DNA of 64,000 nucleotides from Candidatus Chazhemtobacterium aquaticus (GCF_009936135.1 NZ_CP047901.1:475643-539642); one strand, 5' to 3'; positions 17,218 through 27,861 are shown, numbered from the stretch's first letter. Notes: a model not told the origin generated them from the letters alone. Program-made: numbers and translations.

Positions 17218-18699
17218 CTATCTCACCACCGTCAGCCAACGCCAGAAGAAGGGGATCCGTATCTCCGACAACCAGGTTGATGGTCCCATCGGGCAGGTAA
17301 TACTCTCACAATCAATCGAGAAAGCGGAATAGATGTATTTAGCGTTAAAATACGCTCCCGCTAGGATGACTCCAACAAGCAATACTCTTGATATGTTTTT
17401 AAGCATTTCCCTTGGCCAGATCATGTTGATTAAAGAAGGGGAGACCAGTAGTAGGTAAACAACTCTAAATACGTTCGGATCCGTTGTTGGTCGAAAAGCG
17501 TTATGTAAGAAGTATCTGCCGGACAGTAACAAGCCTACCGCCAAAGCCATATTCACAAACCTTACGTCTTTCAGGAATTTAATTAACCCCAATCCTCCCA
17601 TAATCGCCATTAAAGGAAACATTGGGTAGCGGTACCACGGCAGCATATCCTGCTCGGTTCCCGAGAACACCGCCACCATCAGCCAGTAAATCCAGAACAG
17701 TACGACCCACCCAAGCTCCTTACTCTTCTTGCTCTTAAAGGCAAAAAAGAGAGTGCTAAGCAAAGCAAAAATATACCAGCCGTCAAACATCGGCCAGATA
17801 TCATATCCAGGCGAGCTAAAGATGTAAGCAAGTCCAGTCCAGCCGGCAAATCTTACCCCCTGGATCTCCACGATTGTTTTAAACAATTCCCAGTCAAGCC
17901 AGTAGCCATAAGCTACGAACAAGCCAACTCCAGCCAAGGTTAAAAGCAAGATAATAAGAACATCAGCCCAGCGCTTTTTTCTAGCCGACACAAACATCAT
18001 TAAAGGAGCAATAAAAAAACCAGTTGGCTTCATCAATCCGCCAATCACCGCCATCACTCCCCACACTCCCGCCATCCACTTACTTGGTTTCTTGTCATAT
18101 TTAGGCATCATTGCCAAAGACATCAATGTCATTAAGGCAATTATGTTTTCCGGTACCGACAAACGGGAGCCAAACACCATGATTGGCGACACTCCATAAA
18201 CCAACATTGCCATATATCCAGCCCAAAATCCAAAGAAGTGATAACCCACCCAGAACACCAGTCCAAGCGTTATCAAACTAGCCAACACGCTAGGTATTCT
18301 CGTGTGGGAAGTTGGCAGCACCATCTCCCTATCATCTCCATACAGATGAGCCGCTCCCCCAGCTAGCAGTGAGTAAAGCGGTGGCTCATCCACCCACGGC
18401 TTGTATAGTTTGGCCGGCAAATACACTCCGTTTTTATCTCCTACAATCCCATCAAACACCAGATTTTCATCCGGGTAATCAAGGGTTGACCAAGACACCG
18501 GTTCTCCAGTCTCAATCAAATGTATCCCAGACCAACCATAAAGTAGCTCCTCAGCATGACTCGCACCCGGCACCCGGTCATAATCATGCAGCCTTATTAC
18601 CGCCAAAAACAAGAAAGTTATCACCAAAAGCCAGAACCATCCGCCTTTAAACCACTTAATCATCCCCCTTATTCTCTTTAAATTAAACTCATCAGTCAA
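17218..18699 (-). CDS. GT-C-fold (ArnT/PMT-like) glycosyltransferase
   Basis: First TM is followed by 'HAEE', then 'DEPPLYSLL', 'TRIPS', 'SP..VFGSRL..PE', 'LMK.TG' and 'WYRYP'. Start is uncertain (TTG 18699 or ATG 18663). Confidence 0.75.
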   Translation of the reverse strand: MTDEFNLKRIRGMIKWFKGGWFWLLVITFLFLAVIRLHDYDRVPGASHAEELLYGWSGIHLIETGEPVSWSTLDYPDENLVFDGIVGDKNGVYLPAKLYKPWVDEPPLYSLLAGGAAHLYGDDREMVLPTSHTRIPSVLASLITLGLVFWVGYHFFGFWAGYMAMLVYGVSPIMVFGSRLSVPENIIALMTLMSLAMMPKYDKKPSKWMAGVWGVMAVIGGLMKPTGFFIAPLMMFVSARKKRWADVLIILLLTLAGVGLFVAYGYWLDWELFKTIVEIQGVRFAGWTGLAYIFSSPGYDIWPMFDGWYIFALLSTLFFAFKSKKSKELGWVVLFWIYWLMVAVFSGTEQDMLPWYRYPMFPLMAIMGGLGLIKFLKDVRFVNMALAVGLLLSGRYFLHNAFRPTTDPNVFRVVYLLLVSPSLINMIWPREMLKNISRVLLVGVILAGAYFNAKYIYSAFSIDCESITCPMGPSTWLSEIRIPFFWRWLTVVR

Positions 18700-18750
18700 G
18701 GATCTCTTTATCTTTCCTCAATTGGGAAGATAAATAGTAAAATCACCCCA

Positions 18751-19989
18751 GTGAAGCAAATAACCAAACACCTAACCACCTCTACTGCCAAAAACTCCTC
18801 CCTCTTCTATTTCGGCAGCTTGTTTATCAACTTTGGCCGCTATCTCTTTCACTTACTTCTCCTCCGCTTCCTCTCTCCCTCTTCCTATGGTGAGTTTCTC
18901 TCTTACGTTTCCCTTCTTTATCTTCTTACCATTCCCTCCGGCGTTATTCAGACCCTAGTCAGTCGAGACGTCTCTCTCTTTTTTGGTAAGCAAGACTTTC
19001 GCTCCATCAAGCATTTCTTTTACTTTCTCTCACCGCTAGCCCTGGTTCCTGCTCTCCTCATATCTGTTCTGGTCATTTTCTTTGCCAATCCATTAGCTCA
19101 TCTTCTTACTGCCGACCCTGCGGCCTTCATAGTCTTGAGTCTGATGACCGTCACCTCTATCCTTGGTGCCGTTCTTCGCTCATACCTGCCTGCTCTTCAG
19201 CGCTTCACTACTCAAGTTCTTATTGGCTTCATCGAGCTCCTTATCCTTATCGCCTCGGCTTATATCTTCCTCATTTTTAAATTAGGTGCTCTAAGCGGTG
19301 TTCTGGCCATGTTTCTCTCTGGTGTCATTGCCATCCTTCTCTCTGGCTACCTGCTTCGTTCATATCTTCTACCCAAGCCTAAAAAGGTGACCACTTTCAA
19401 GATCAACCATATCTTTCTCTACTCCCTCATCTTTTCCGCCGGCACCCTCTCCCTCATGTCCACCGATGTTTTACTCGTCCGTTACTTCTTTTCTTCTCAT
19501 GACTCTGGCCTTTACTCAGCTCTTTCCGTCATCGGTCGCATGATTTTCTTTGGTCTTACTCCCATCGGTAGCTTAATCCTCCCCATTGCCGCCAGCCGTT
19601 ACGCCAGCAAACAACCCACCAACTCAGTTTACTTAAAACTCATCATTTCAGCTGGCTTTTTAGGTATTGGCGCTGTTTCTCTCTTCTCTCTCTTCCCTGA
19701 CTTAGTTGTTCGCTTGCTTTCAGGTAGCGAGTATCTAGCCATCACTTCATTAATTCCCTTCATCTCCCTGACCATGTTCTTCTTAAGTCTTAACCAGCTC
19801 ACCCTCTCGTATCTACTCGCCGTTGGTAAAGAAAAAGGTACTTACTTACTCTTCTTTTTCGCCTTACTTCAGCCTTTATTAATCATCTTTATTCATTCCT
19901 CTCTCTATCAGGTCATTACCTTAAACCTGACTCTCCAGCTTTGTCTCTTTATCACCCTCGTTATATACAATACCCTTAAGAAAGTATGA
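18751..19989 (+). CDS. Wzx-type oligosaccharide flippase (MOP superfamily)
   Basis: About 12 TM, with 'RFLSPSSYGEF' and 'TDVLLVRYFF...GLYSALSVIGR'. Confidence 0.85.
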   Translation: MKQITKHLTTSTAKNSSLFYFGSLFINFGRYLFHLLLLRFLSPSSYGEFLSYVSLLYLLTIPSGVIQTLVSRDVSLFFGKQDFRSIKHFFYFLSPLALVPALLISVLVIFFANPLAHLLTADPAAFIVLSLMTVTSILGAVLRSYLPALQRFTTQVLIGFIELLILIASAYIFLIFKLGALSGVLAMFLSGVIAILLSGYLLRSYLLPKPKKVTTFKINHIFLYSLIFSAGTLSLMSTDVLLVRYFFSSHDSGLYSALSVIGRMIFFGLTPIGSLILPIAASRYASKQPTNSVYLKLIISAGFLGIGAVSLFSLFPDLVVRLLSGSEYLAITSLIPFISLTMFFLSLNQLTLSYLLAVGKEKGTYLLFFFALLQPLLIIFIHSSLYQVITLNLTLQLCLFITLVIYNTLKKV

Positions 19990-20786
19990 AACCCCAACCA
20001 GCCGACCCCAATCTCTTAAGTGTCATTGTCCCTACCTACAAGTGTCCAACTATAGTAAGAGACTTAAAAAGCATCACCCGATATCTTGATCAGCTCAATC
20101 GTCCTTACGAGGTTCTCTGCATTGTTGATGGCAAAGCTCATGCTCGTGACACCACTCTTCAAAAAGCCAGGAAAGCCAGGAGCACCAAGGTCTCCGTCTA
20201 CTCATATCCTCAAAACAGAGGTAAGGGTTATGCCGTCCGTTACGGTATGGCCAGAGCCAAGGGTGGTCTGATTGCCTTCATAGATGCAGGATCCGATCTT
20301 CACGCCTCCGGTATTGGTATGGCCCTAGAGCATCTTAAGTGGTACGAAGCCGATATCATCATCGGTAGCAAACGCCACAAAGCCAGCAAGGTCACCTATC
20401 CCTTTAAGCGCAGAGTCATCAGTACCCTGGCTCAATGGGCCATCCGTCTCTTCTTTGGTGTCCGCGTCTCTGATACCCAAACAGGCTTAAAGCTTTTCCG
20501 TAGGCAAGTTTTAGAACAAGTCCTTCCTCGTCTAGTCATCAAGCGTTTTGCTTTTGATTTAGAGATCCTAATCGTGGCTCACCGTTTAGGCTTCAATCGT
20601 ATCTACGAGTCTCCCATCGAGCTAAACTACAACTTTTCAAGCACTATTAACGGTTCAGCTCTCTATCACTCTGCCGTCGATTTCCTAGCCATCATCTACC
20701 GCACCTATATCCTTCGCTACTACGACGATCGCCATCAGGATATCTGGGAACATGATCCCAAATTAGCTCTCCGCTACCACTCATGA
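19986..20786 (+). CDS. GT2, polyprenyl-phosphate glycosyltransferase (DPM/DPG synthase-like)
   Basis: 'NRGKGYAVRYG', 'FIDA', 'IIGSKR', 'DTQTGLKLF' and 'FAFDLEIL'. Confidence 0.82.
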   Translation: MKPQPADPNLLSVIVPTYKCPTIVRDLKSITRYLDQLNRPYEVLCIVDGKAHARDTTLQKARKARSTKVSVYSYPQNRGKGYAVRYGMARAKGGLIAFIDAGSDLHASGIGMALEHLKWYEADIIIGSKRHKASKVTYPFKRRVISTLAQWAIRLFFGVRVSDTQTGLKLFRRQVLEQVLPRLVIKRFAFDLEILIVAHRLGFNRIYESPIELNYNFSSTINGSALYHSAVDFLAIIYRTYILRYYDDRHQDIWEHDPKLALRYHS

Positions 20787-21781
20787 GTTCCTCTCGACCT
20801 TTGGTTTCCATCATCATCGTTGATTACAAACGAAACAATCCTTATCTAAAAGAAAGTCTAAAGGCAATCGATCAGCAAACATATACTCATTTCGAGATCA
20901 TTTTAGTCACCGACTATCCCGTTAATTTAACCCATCCCAAGTTAAAGAAAAAATCTTATGGTCATTATGTCGGTCCGGCTCAAAAAAGGGATGCTGGAGC
21001 CAAGCTGGCTCGGGGTAGTATCTTGAGTTTCCTGGATGATGACGCCTATCCTTCTCCTGGTTGGCTTCAGGCTATAGTCGACAACTTCGCTGACCCTAAG
21101 GTGGCTGCCGTTGGCGGACCTGGTGTTACCCCCCCTGATTCATCTTGGGACAAACAGGCTTCTGGTTGGGCCTCTGCCTCACCTTTGGGCTCAGGATCCT
21201 ACACCTATCGTTTCTTGCCTGGCAAGAAGCGACTAGTTGACGACTATCCTTCCATGAATTTGTCTGTCAGAAAATCAGATTTTAATAAGGTTAAGGGTTT
21301 TGACTCTCATTACTATCCAGGTGAGGACACCAAGCTTTGTCTAGATTTAACTCACAAACTAGGCAAAGTGATTGTCTACGAGCCCAAAGCCCTGGTTTAC
21401 CACCATCGGCGCTCTCTCCTCATCCCTCATCTTAAACAGAATGGTAACTACGGATTGCACCGAGGTTTCTTTGCCAGAGTCTTACCCAAGACCTCCCTTA
21501 GACCTCTTTATTTTCTGCCCTCTCTTATGGCCTTAGGTCTGATCTTTCTTCTCTTCTCTCCTTTATATACTCACCCCTTGCTAGCTCTTGTAACTCAAAT
21601 AGGTCACACTCTCCTTGGCTTCTATATTGCTGCCCTTTGCCTTAATGCTCTTTGGATTCTTAACCGTTCTCGCCAGCCTTTGCAAGCTTTCCTCTCCCTC
21701 CCTGTTATATTCCTCACTCATTTCTGGTATGGCCTAAGATTTCTTCAGGGTTTTCTCTTTACCCGCAAGTTGAGTCGCTGA
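20783..21781 (+). CDS. GT2 glycosyltransferase with C-terminal TM helices
   Basis: 'GPAQKRDAG', 'FLDDD', 'VGGP', 'GFD...GED' and 'VYHHRR', with 2-3 C-terminal TMs. Confidence 0.87.
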   Translation: MSSSRPLVSIIIVDYKRNNPYLKESLKAIDQQTYTHFEIILVTDYPVNLTHPKLKKKSYGHYVGPAQKRDAGAKLARGSILSFLDDDAYPSPGWLQAIVDNFADPKVAAVGGPGVTPPDSSWDKQASGWASASPLGSGSYTYRFLPGKKRLVDDYPSMNLSVRKSDFNKVKGFDSHYYPGEDTKLCLDLTHKLGKVIVYEPKALVYHHRRSLLIPHLKQNGNYGLHRGFFARVLPKTSLRPLYFLPSLMALGLIFLLFSPLYTHPLLALVTQIGHTLLGFYIAALCLNALWILNRSRQPLQAFLSLPVIFLTHFWYGLRFLQGFLFTRKLSR

Positions 21782-21782
21782 T

Positions 21783-23510
21783 CTATTCCTTGGTCACCAG
21801 GAAATACGCCACCTCACTATTATCAGGGTAGGGTATACTCTCGATGACTTTTACCCTACTTGGCAGACTTCCTTTCTCAGGCCTAATATCTCCCTTAGCG
21901 TCTTGCTGAGTGATTAGATAAAGAACGCCTTCCTCGAGTGCTTCACCCATCTCATGAGGCATCTGTTTACCCTCAGTTACCTTACTCCAGCTCATCATCT
22001 TCACCTTGTCCAACCCCATACCCTTAATTACCTCAGGTCCAAACTCAACTCCATACTCCTGCACATCTTTCGGTGGGATTTGGGCCCAAAACAGGTAATA
22101 CAGCATGGCCGGATCATTGGAGTTAGTCAGCATTACTTTGTCATAGTCCTTCTCTATCTCTTTAATCTTCAACATCGCCTGTTGGTATCCATAACCATGC
22201 CACCTGGCCGCTTCCAGAGGAAAGTGGACAAAGTATTTGTGAGCCACGTTTATAAACACCAGTAGGTAGACACCAACCAAAGCTATATTGATAAGCCCTC
22301 CCCATTTTTGCTTTGCTAGCATCTTGGTAATCTGCCACCAGCCCAAGCCTACAATGATAAGTAGCGGTCCGGCCATCATGATCAGTCTCGAAGCGTGATT
22401 AGCTCCATCCACAGTCAGATCGGCAGGTAATGGGGAACTTAACAGCCACAGGCCCAGTAGTTGGTTTTCTTTGCGCTTAATGTTTTTGGTTAGCCAAAAC
22501 AGTCCTGCTGCCAAACCGATAATATCAATCCATAACAAAGCCCCAGTTTTACCCATCCCTTGCCGCAGGTTACTATCTCCCGTTGCAAACAGGAAGGTGG
22601 TGGAGATGCTTTTAAGATAGTTGTTCTTCAAAGAAGACAAATACTCCACCCCCTTATTATGAAACAAGTATGAGTACCACACCGGTCGGTTGCCAACCGT
22701 CTCTTGAAGATAATCACCCGAGTCTACCTCCCTACCCCTGATTACATAAATTGGAGCCAATGGATCAGAGAAGATCGATAGCTGTTCAAATCGGGTTTGG
22801 TCGGGTGTCTCCACCGCTGTGTAGTACAGGAAGGGTAAGATGATTGCCGCCGCCACCATCCCTCCGATCACCACTCTCTTTATACCCATCCCCAGTATCT
22901 CTCTCCAGTAAACCAGCCCAACCATTAGAAAAGTTAATGGCACGTAGAAACTCATGATCCGATAGCTATATACCCCCAACGACAACAGGACTACTGAGAG
23001 ATAAAAGGTTTTTACATTTTTACTCTTAAGCCAGTTAAAAAAGGTAAGTAAAAAGCCAAGATACATCATCAAGGCAAACATGGCCTCAAAAGCAATCCGG
23101 CTAAACTGAATCAGCCAGGGATTTAAGGCCATCACTGCTCCAACTAAGAAAGCCGCTCTCTTATCCTTACTCCACTTTAGGGTTAGCAAAGCCGCCAATA
23201 CCACCACCGCCATACCAGCCAAAGCCGTTGTCACTCTTGCCTGCAAGACTCCAGGGCTAAATATCATCGCTGCTGGGATTGATAGATATATCGGTAATGG
23301 AGTCTTAAGATCATGCATCGACCAGGCGTAAAAAGGACTAAAGGTGCCTCGATAGTCTCGGCCTGTCTCCAGCAAACTTCTAGCTTGGTAAGCCAGATCT
23401 ACTTCGTCATAATAAAGACCAGCCGGCACCTCCTCCAGCTGGTAAAATCGAACCAAACCTGCCACCAAGACAACCAGTAACAGCCACCACCATTTCGTTA
23501 ATACCTTCAT
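21783..23510 (-). CDS. ArnT/PMT-like GT-C glycosyltransferase (paralog 4, opposite strand)
   Basis: 'PAGLYYDEVDLAYQARSLLETGRDYRG', 'NPWLIQFSRIAFE', 'LFHNK' and C-terminal 'IPYPD'. Start is 23510 or 23516. Confidence 0.85.
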   Translation of the reverse strand: MKVLTKWWWLLLVVLVAGLVRFYQLEEVPAGLYYDEVDLAYQARSLLETGRDYRGTFSPFYAWSMHDLKTPLPIYLSIPAAMIFSPGVLQARVTTALAGMAVVVLAALLTLKWSKDKRAAFLVGAVMALNPWLIQFSRIAFEAMFALMMYLGFLLTFFNWLKSKNVKTFYLSVVLLSLGVYSYRIMSFYVPLTFLMVGLVYWREILGMGIKRVVIGGMVAAAIILPFLYYTAVETPDQTRFEQLSIFSDPLAPIYVIRGREVDSGDYLQETVGNRPVWYSYLFHNKGVEYLSSLKNNYLKSISTTFLFATGDSNLRQGMGKTGALLWIDIIGLAAGLFWLTKNIKRKENQLLGLWLLSSPLPADLTVDGANHASRLIMMAGPLLIIVGLGWWQITKMLAKQKWGGLINIALVGVYLLVFINVAHKYFVHFPLEAARWHGYGYQQAMLKIKEIEKDYDKVMLTNSNDPAMLYYLFWAQIPPKDVQEYGVEFGPEVIKGMGLDKVKMMSWSKVTEGKQMPHEMGEALEEGVLYLITQQDAKGDIRPEKGSLPSRVKVIESIPYPDNSEVAYFLVTKE

Positions 23511-23580
23511 TCTCAACCCATCTTACTTTCCACCTCGTTTAAATACAACAATCTTTATATTACCCGTATCACTCCTCCTC

Positions 23581-25113
23581 TTACTTCTTTCCGTCTACTC
23601 TGTTTGCCTCAGTCAAGTTAAAGATGTGTTGTCTTACTCTTCGTACCGCCCTCCAGCCATAGGTAAACAGGAACTGCCAGTCTTTTTTCTTGAATGTCTT
23701 TAAGTAAGTGATCTGTCTCCACAAGAATTTAGGATGGAAAGCAATGGAGTACATCTCCCTGATGGCTTGGTAATATCGCTCGTGAGGTAGGGGAGTCTTG
23801 ACGATTAGCTTACTCATATCAAAGTCATCATAATCGTCAGTCAGTAGTACTCCTTTGTTAATACACTCCTGGTGGTAAGGGGTGTAATCAAGTGGTGTAC
23901 ACAAAGTTACCTGCAGAGTCCGAGCCAGTCCTGAGAACATCAGGTACTTCACATAATCAATGGTTTCAGAGAGCATTTTCTCAGTCTCCCAGTAATAGCC
24001 CACCATGATAGTCAGGTGAGGGTGTAGTCCAGCCTCCGTCATCCACTTCAAAGCTCTCTCAATGTATTTCTTCTGATATCCTTTGTTTAATCTTTTTAAT
24101 GTCTCATCACTCCCTGATTCAAGGCCGATTAATACAAAGCGGAAGTTAGCCTTAGCCATCAGCTCTATCGTTTCCTTATCAAGATACTCAAAGCGAGTAT
24201 TCAAACCAAAATAACACCCTTTTTTGTGAAGTCCTCGATCAATGATCCCCTGGGCAAACTTTCTGGCATCCTCGCCCCTATACCACACCCCCGAGTCATC
24301 AAAAATCTCTTTTACTCCATACTCGTTAATAAGTCTTTCATACTCATCCAGAGATCTCTCCACCGACATCTTCGAGAAGGTCATCTCCGGCCCGTTGTAT
24401 CTACAAAAAGTACACTTGCCAAACATGCAGTCTCGAATCACGCTGGTGGCATATGTTCCAGGAGTTTGCAGGAAGTTACCGTTCTCGTACGCGTAGTTTT
24501 TCCAATTCACTAAGTCACGGTCAATCAAAGGCGACTTATTTAATGGCTCTACCTGACGGAAGTTGCCCGTATCCCGATACTTACTCCCTCTTACTCTAAT
24601 GGTTAACCCTTCGATCTTGCAGGATCTTCTCCAGTCCTTATTACTCTCCAAGTAGGGGATCAGCCGATGCAACACAAAATCAATATGGTTGCTTTTAAGC
24701 ACAATATCCGTCTTGCTGTGATCAAGCGTCTCCTCAGGCTTTCTCATCGAGTGGTAGCCTGACATGATAAAGATGGTTTTGGGTAGCTTTTTGTTAAGTT
24801 CGTTTATCGTCTTCCAGTAAAACTTCATTACCGGAGTCGTACTCTCAAACACCACTACATCTGGTTGCCATCTGACCAAGTCACTAAACCATTTCTCATA
24901 GGTCTTTAACTGGGCATTGCCATCATCCCACCTCACGTTATATCCCATCTGCTTAAGCCAGGTTGCTGCCTGAGCCTGGACAACTGGTAGTAGGTAAGTC
25001 GGAGTCTTGAAATACTGCACATTGCGGTTCTGAGACACCATTGCCTTCTGCCCCAGCTTGTTAACAATTGGGGGATACGAGATGGCGATTTTTAGTTTCT
25101 TTTTTCTAGCCAT
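23581..25113 (-). CDS. cobalamin-binding radical SAM protein (BchE/HpnJ-like architecture)
   Basis: N-terminal B12-binding-like domain ('PDVV...STTP', 'MSGYH'), 'RDCMFGKCTFC' (CX4CX2C), 'GVKEIFDDS', 'IGLESGS' and 'MVGYYWET'. Confidence 0.82.
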   Translation of the reverse strand: MARKKKLKIAISYPPIVNKLGQKAMVSQNRNVQYFKTPTYLLPVVQAQAATWLKQMGYNVRWDDGNAQLKTYEKWFSDLVRWQPDVVVFESTTPVMKFYWKTINELNKKLPKTIFIMSGYHSMRKPEETLDHSKTDIVLKSNHIDFVLHRLIPYLESNKDWRRSCKIEGLTIRVRGSKYRDTGNFRQVEPLNKSPLIDRDLVNWKNYAYENGNFLQTPGTYATSVIRDCMFGKCTFCRYNGPEMTFSKMSVERSLDEYERLINEYGVKEIFDDSGVWYRGEDARKFAQGIIDRGLHKKGCYFGLNTRFEYLDKETIELMAKANFRFVLIGLESGSDETLKRLNKGYQKKYIERALKWMTEAGLHPHLTIMVGYYWETEKMLSETIDYVKYLMFSGLARTLQVTLCTPLDYTPYHQECINKGVLLTDDYDDFDMSKLIVKTPLPHERYYQAIREMYSIAFHPKFLWRQITYLKTFKKKDWQFLFTYGWRAVRRVRQHIFNLTEANRVDGKK

Positions 25114-25117
25114 ATTT

Positions 25118-25786
25118 TTAGAAAAATACCTCCGTTACTATATTACTTCCATTTATCCCAGCCTCACTTAAGATATCATAGACGTCGTTGATCATCTCAC
25201 TGTTACCGCACAAGTAGTATCGGGCTCTCTTGTCGATTTTGTTTGACCTTAAATACTCCGTTACTCTACCGCTAAAGTCTCCACCCTTTTCTCTTGACAC
25301 ACAGGCTACATATCGGTTTTTGGCATAGTCCTTGCGGTCATACTGCTCGTTTGCATATCTGATTCCATGGATGATCTGGTAATCAAGTTTAGGGTATGTC
25401 TTAACAAAGGAATGGAATGGAGCTATTCCTGTTCCAGTAGCAATCAGGATATGTTTTTGATTTAACTTCTTCTCGTCTAAGGTAAATAGGCCATAAGCTC
25501 CATCAAGAGACACCTTATTTCCTGGTTTGAGTTTAGAGAGCCTAGGAGTTACTGCGCCACCCTCGACTGTCTTAATCAAGAACTCTAGCTTGTCATCATT
25601 GGGGGATGAGTAGCTGGAGTACTCGCGGTTAATCGCTTCATTTACCAAACCAATGTTGACACATTGACCGGGGATGAATTTAAAGTTTTTCTTCTCAATC
25701 TGGAGTACAAAAGCTGAATCAGTCAAATGTCTTATACCCAATACCTTATGAGTTCCTTGTTGTCTGCCGTACTCTATTGTTTGCAT
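25118..25786 (-). CDS. ferredoxin/flavodoxin-NAD(P)H reductase-like FAD oxidoreductase
   Basis: 'FIPGQ', 'REYSS', 'GAYGLF', 'ATGTGIAPF', 'YLCGNSEM' and C-terminal 'EVFF'. Start ATG 25786 lies 8 nt after TGnTAGAAT. Confidence 0.87.
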   Translation of the reverse strand: MQTIEYGRQQGTHKVLGIRHLTDSAFVLQIEKKNFKFIPGQCVNIGLVNEAINREYSSYSSPNDDKLEFLIKTVEGGAVTPRLSKLKPGNKVSLDGAYGLFTLDEKKLNQKHILIATGTGIAPFHSFVKTYPKLDYQIIHGIRYANEQYDRKDYAKNRYVACVSREKGGDFSGRVTEYLRSNKIDKRARYYLCGNSEMINDVYDILSEAGINGSNIVTEVFF

Positions 25787-25857
25787 ACACATGCATTCTA
25801 TCACCCTCGTCTCAATTGGTCTCGTTCTTGTACCATTTTTGAGCTAAAATGATCCTT

Positions 25858-26697
25858 ATGAAATCCGCTCTCCCATTAGTCTCCGTGGTTATTACCACCA
25901 AGAACGAGGAAAAACACATTGTCTCTTGTCTTAAGTCCATCAAGAATCAGGACTATCCTCGGGAGAAAATTGAGATAATCGTTGTTGACAACCACTCTAC
26001 TGATGACACTGTCAAACTAGCCAAGCAATACACCAAGAACATTTTCACCAAAGGTCCAGAGAGGTCAGCTCAGAGAAACTATGGCATGATCACCAAGAGT
26101 CACGGTCAGTACGTCATGTACGTAGACGCTGATATGGAGTTAAGTAAAAAAGTTATATCTTCATGTGTTTCCAAAGTTACTAAAAATCCTGACATCATTG
26201 GTTTGTATATTCGAGAGATAGTTACTGGGGACAGCTACTGGAGTAAGGTCAGGCGTTTTGAACGCAGTTTCTATGAGGGTACGGTTATAGACTGCGTTAG
26301 GTTTATTAAAAAGTCTGCTTTTGTAAAAGTAAAAGGTTTTGATAAACAAATAACCGGCGGTGAAGATTGGGATCTGGACAAAAAAATCCGTCAACTTGGG
26401 AAAGTTGATTTAATAAAACAGCCTATCTATCACAATGAAGCTGAGTTTAACCTAAAGAAGTATCTGGCTAAAAAAAGTTACTATTCGAAAGGTCTTGACA
26501 TATATATTAAAAAGTGGGGAAAAGATGACCCTGATGTTAAGAAACAGTTCAGCCCCATATACAGGTTAGTAGTGGTGTTTTTAGAAAGAGGAAAATGGCA
26601 AAAACTACTACACCAACCAAGACTAGTGTTGGGTATGGCCTTATTAAGGATTGGAGTAGGATTCTCCTATGTTAAGCATCAGGTTATTTCGAAATAA
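25858..26697 (+). CDS. GT2 family glycosyltransferase
   Basis: 'VSVVITTKNEE', 'VVDNHSTDDT', 'RSAQRNYG', 'YVDAD' and 'GFD...GED'. Start 25858 lies 7 nt after TAAAAT. Confidence 0.88.
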   Translation: MKSALPLVSVVITTKNEEKHIVSCLKSIKNQDYPREKIEIIVVDNHSTDDTVKLAKQYTKNIFTKGPERSAQRNYGMITKSHGQYVMYVDADMELSKKVISSCVSKVTKNPDIIGLYIREIVTGDSYWSKVRRFERSFYEGTVIDCVRFIKKSAFVKVKGFDKQITGGEDWDLDKKIRQLGKVDLIKQPIYHNEAEFNLKKYLAKKSYYSKGLDIYIKKWGKDDPDVKKQFSPIYRLVVVFLERGKWQKLLHQPRLVLGMALLRIGVGFSYVKHQVISK

Positions 26698-26706
26698 TTT
26701 CCAAAT

Positions 26707-27861
26707 ATGAGAAAACAAACAACGCCGAATATATCTTCACCAAGCAAAACAACAGTTTTGCAGACCGCTCATGTTACAAAGGTTTATGGACCAGTTCAAT
26801 CACTAGCAAAATTCATATCAGAAAAAAAGCGCTTTGATTTTTATCAAATAATTCATCCACTTAACAACAATGCCTCTCCAGAGTCTGTTTTTTTACGAAA
26901 CGGCAAAAAAATTAGTGAAGTTAGGATAAACACATATTCCATATTCCGCTACTTCCTAGATTTTATTATCACCTCATACTGGCTATTTAAACTACCCAAG
27001 AAAATAGATGTCGGATTCGGTATGAATAGCTTTGATACGCTTCCCTTGGTGATTTTTCGCCACAAGATAAACAAAATCGTATTTTTTAACACCGACTTCG
27101 CCAGAAACAGATTTAATAACAAACTAATTAATTCAATATATGTATCCATTGATAAATATTGCGCCCAGAAAGCAGATCTGGTTTGTTGTAATACAAACAG
27201 GACCATCGACGCCAGGATTGATGAAGGAATAAATAAAAACAAACTACTTTTAACGCCGAATGGCGTCGATTTTGACAAAATCGGAAAAATCAAGCCAAAA
27301 ACAAAATACAGTAAATCGCTCATATATGTCGGCTACCTTTCAAAAGAGCATGGACTTCAGACGGTAATAAAAGAATTACCCAAACTAGATCTGAAGCTTA
27401 TCGTTATAGGTAGCGGAGAATACGAGCGGAAACTTAAAAATCTGGTAAAAAAATTAAACCTCGACGACTCAGTCACGTTTTTGGGAAATCTTAAGCATCA
27501 GCAAGTTATCAATATATTGAAAAAATTTGGGGGCTTTGGATTAGCTCCATACAACAACAGTAGTGAATGGACTTACTATTGCGATCCAGTTAAAATTAAA
27601 GAATATCTTGCTTGCTACGTACCAGTTATCATTTCCTCAAGACCTGAAGTTAGTGAAACCATTGCTAGAGAAAAATTAGGATTTAGATATACAAATGAAG
27701 ATGAAATTAAAACAATCCTGGAGAAAGTTAGGAAAATGTCAGAAAAGGAATACAAAGAAACTCAGGAGAATATTAGCAAGTTTCGTAACGAATTTAACTT
27801 AAACACTATTTATCAAAATATTTGGCAAAGAATAAATCAGCCCGTATACACACATGAGTAA
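26707..27861 (+). CDS. GT4 family glycosyltransferase
   Basis: 'TPNGVD', 'YVGYL..EHG', 'IGSG' and 'PVKIKEYLAC..PVI'. Confidence 0.85.
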   Translation: MRKQTTPNISSPSKTTVLQTAHVTKVYGPVQSLAKFISEKKRFDFYQIIHPLNNNASPESVFLRNGKKISEVRINTYSIFRYFLDFIITSYWLFKLPKKIDVGFGMNSFDTLPLVIFRHKINKIVFFNTDFARNRFNNKLINSIYVSIDKYCAQKADLVCCNTNRTIDARIDEGINKNKLLLTPNGVDFDKIGKIKPKTKYSKSLIYVGYLSKEHGLQTVIKELPKLDLKLIVIGSGEYERKLKNLVKKLNLDDSVTFLGNLKHQQVINILKKFGGFGLAPYNNSSEWTYYCDPVKIKEYLACYVPVIISSRPEVSETIAREKLGFRYTNEDEIKTILEKVRKMSEKEYKETQENISKFRNEFNLNTIYQNIWQRINQPVYTHE

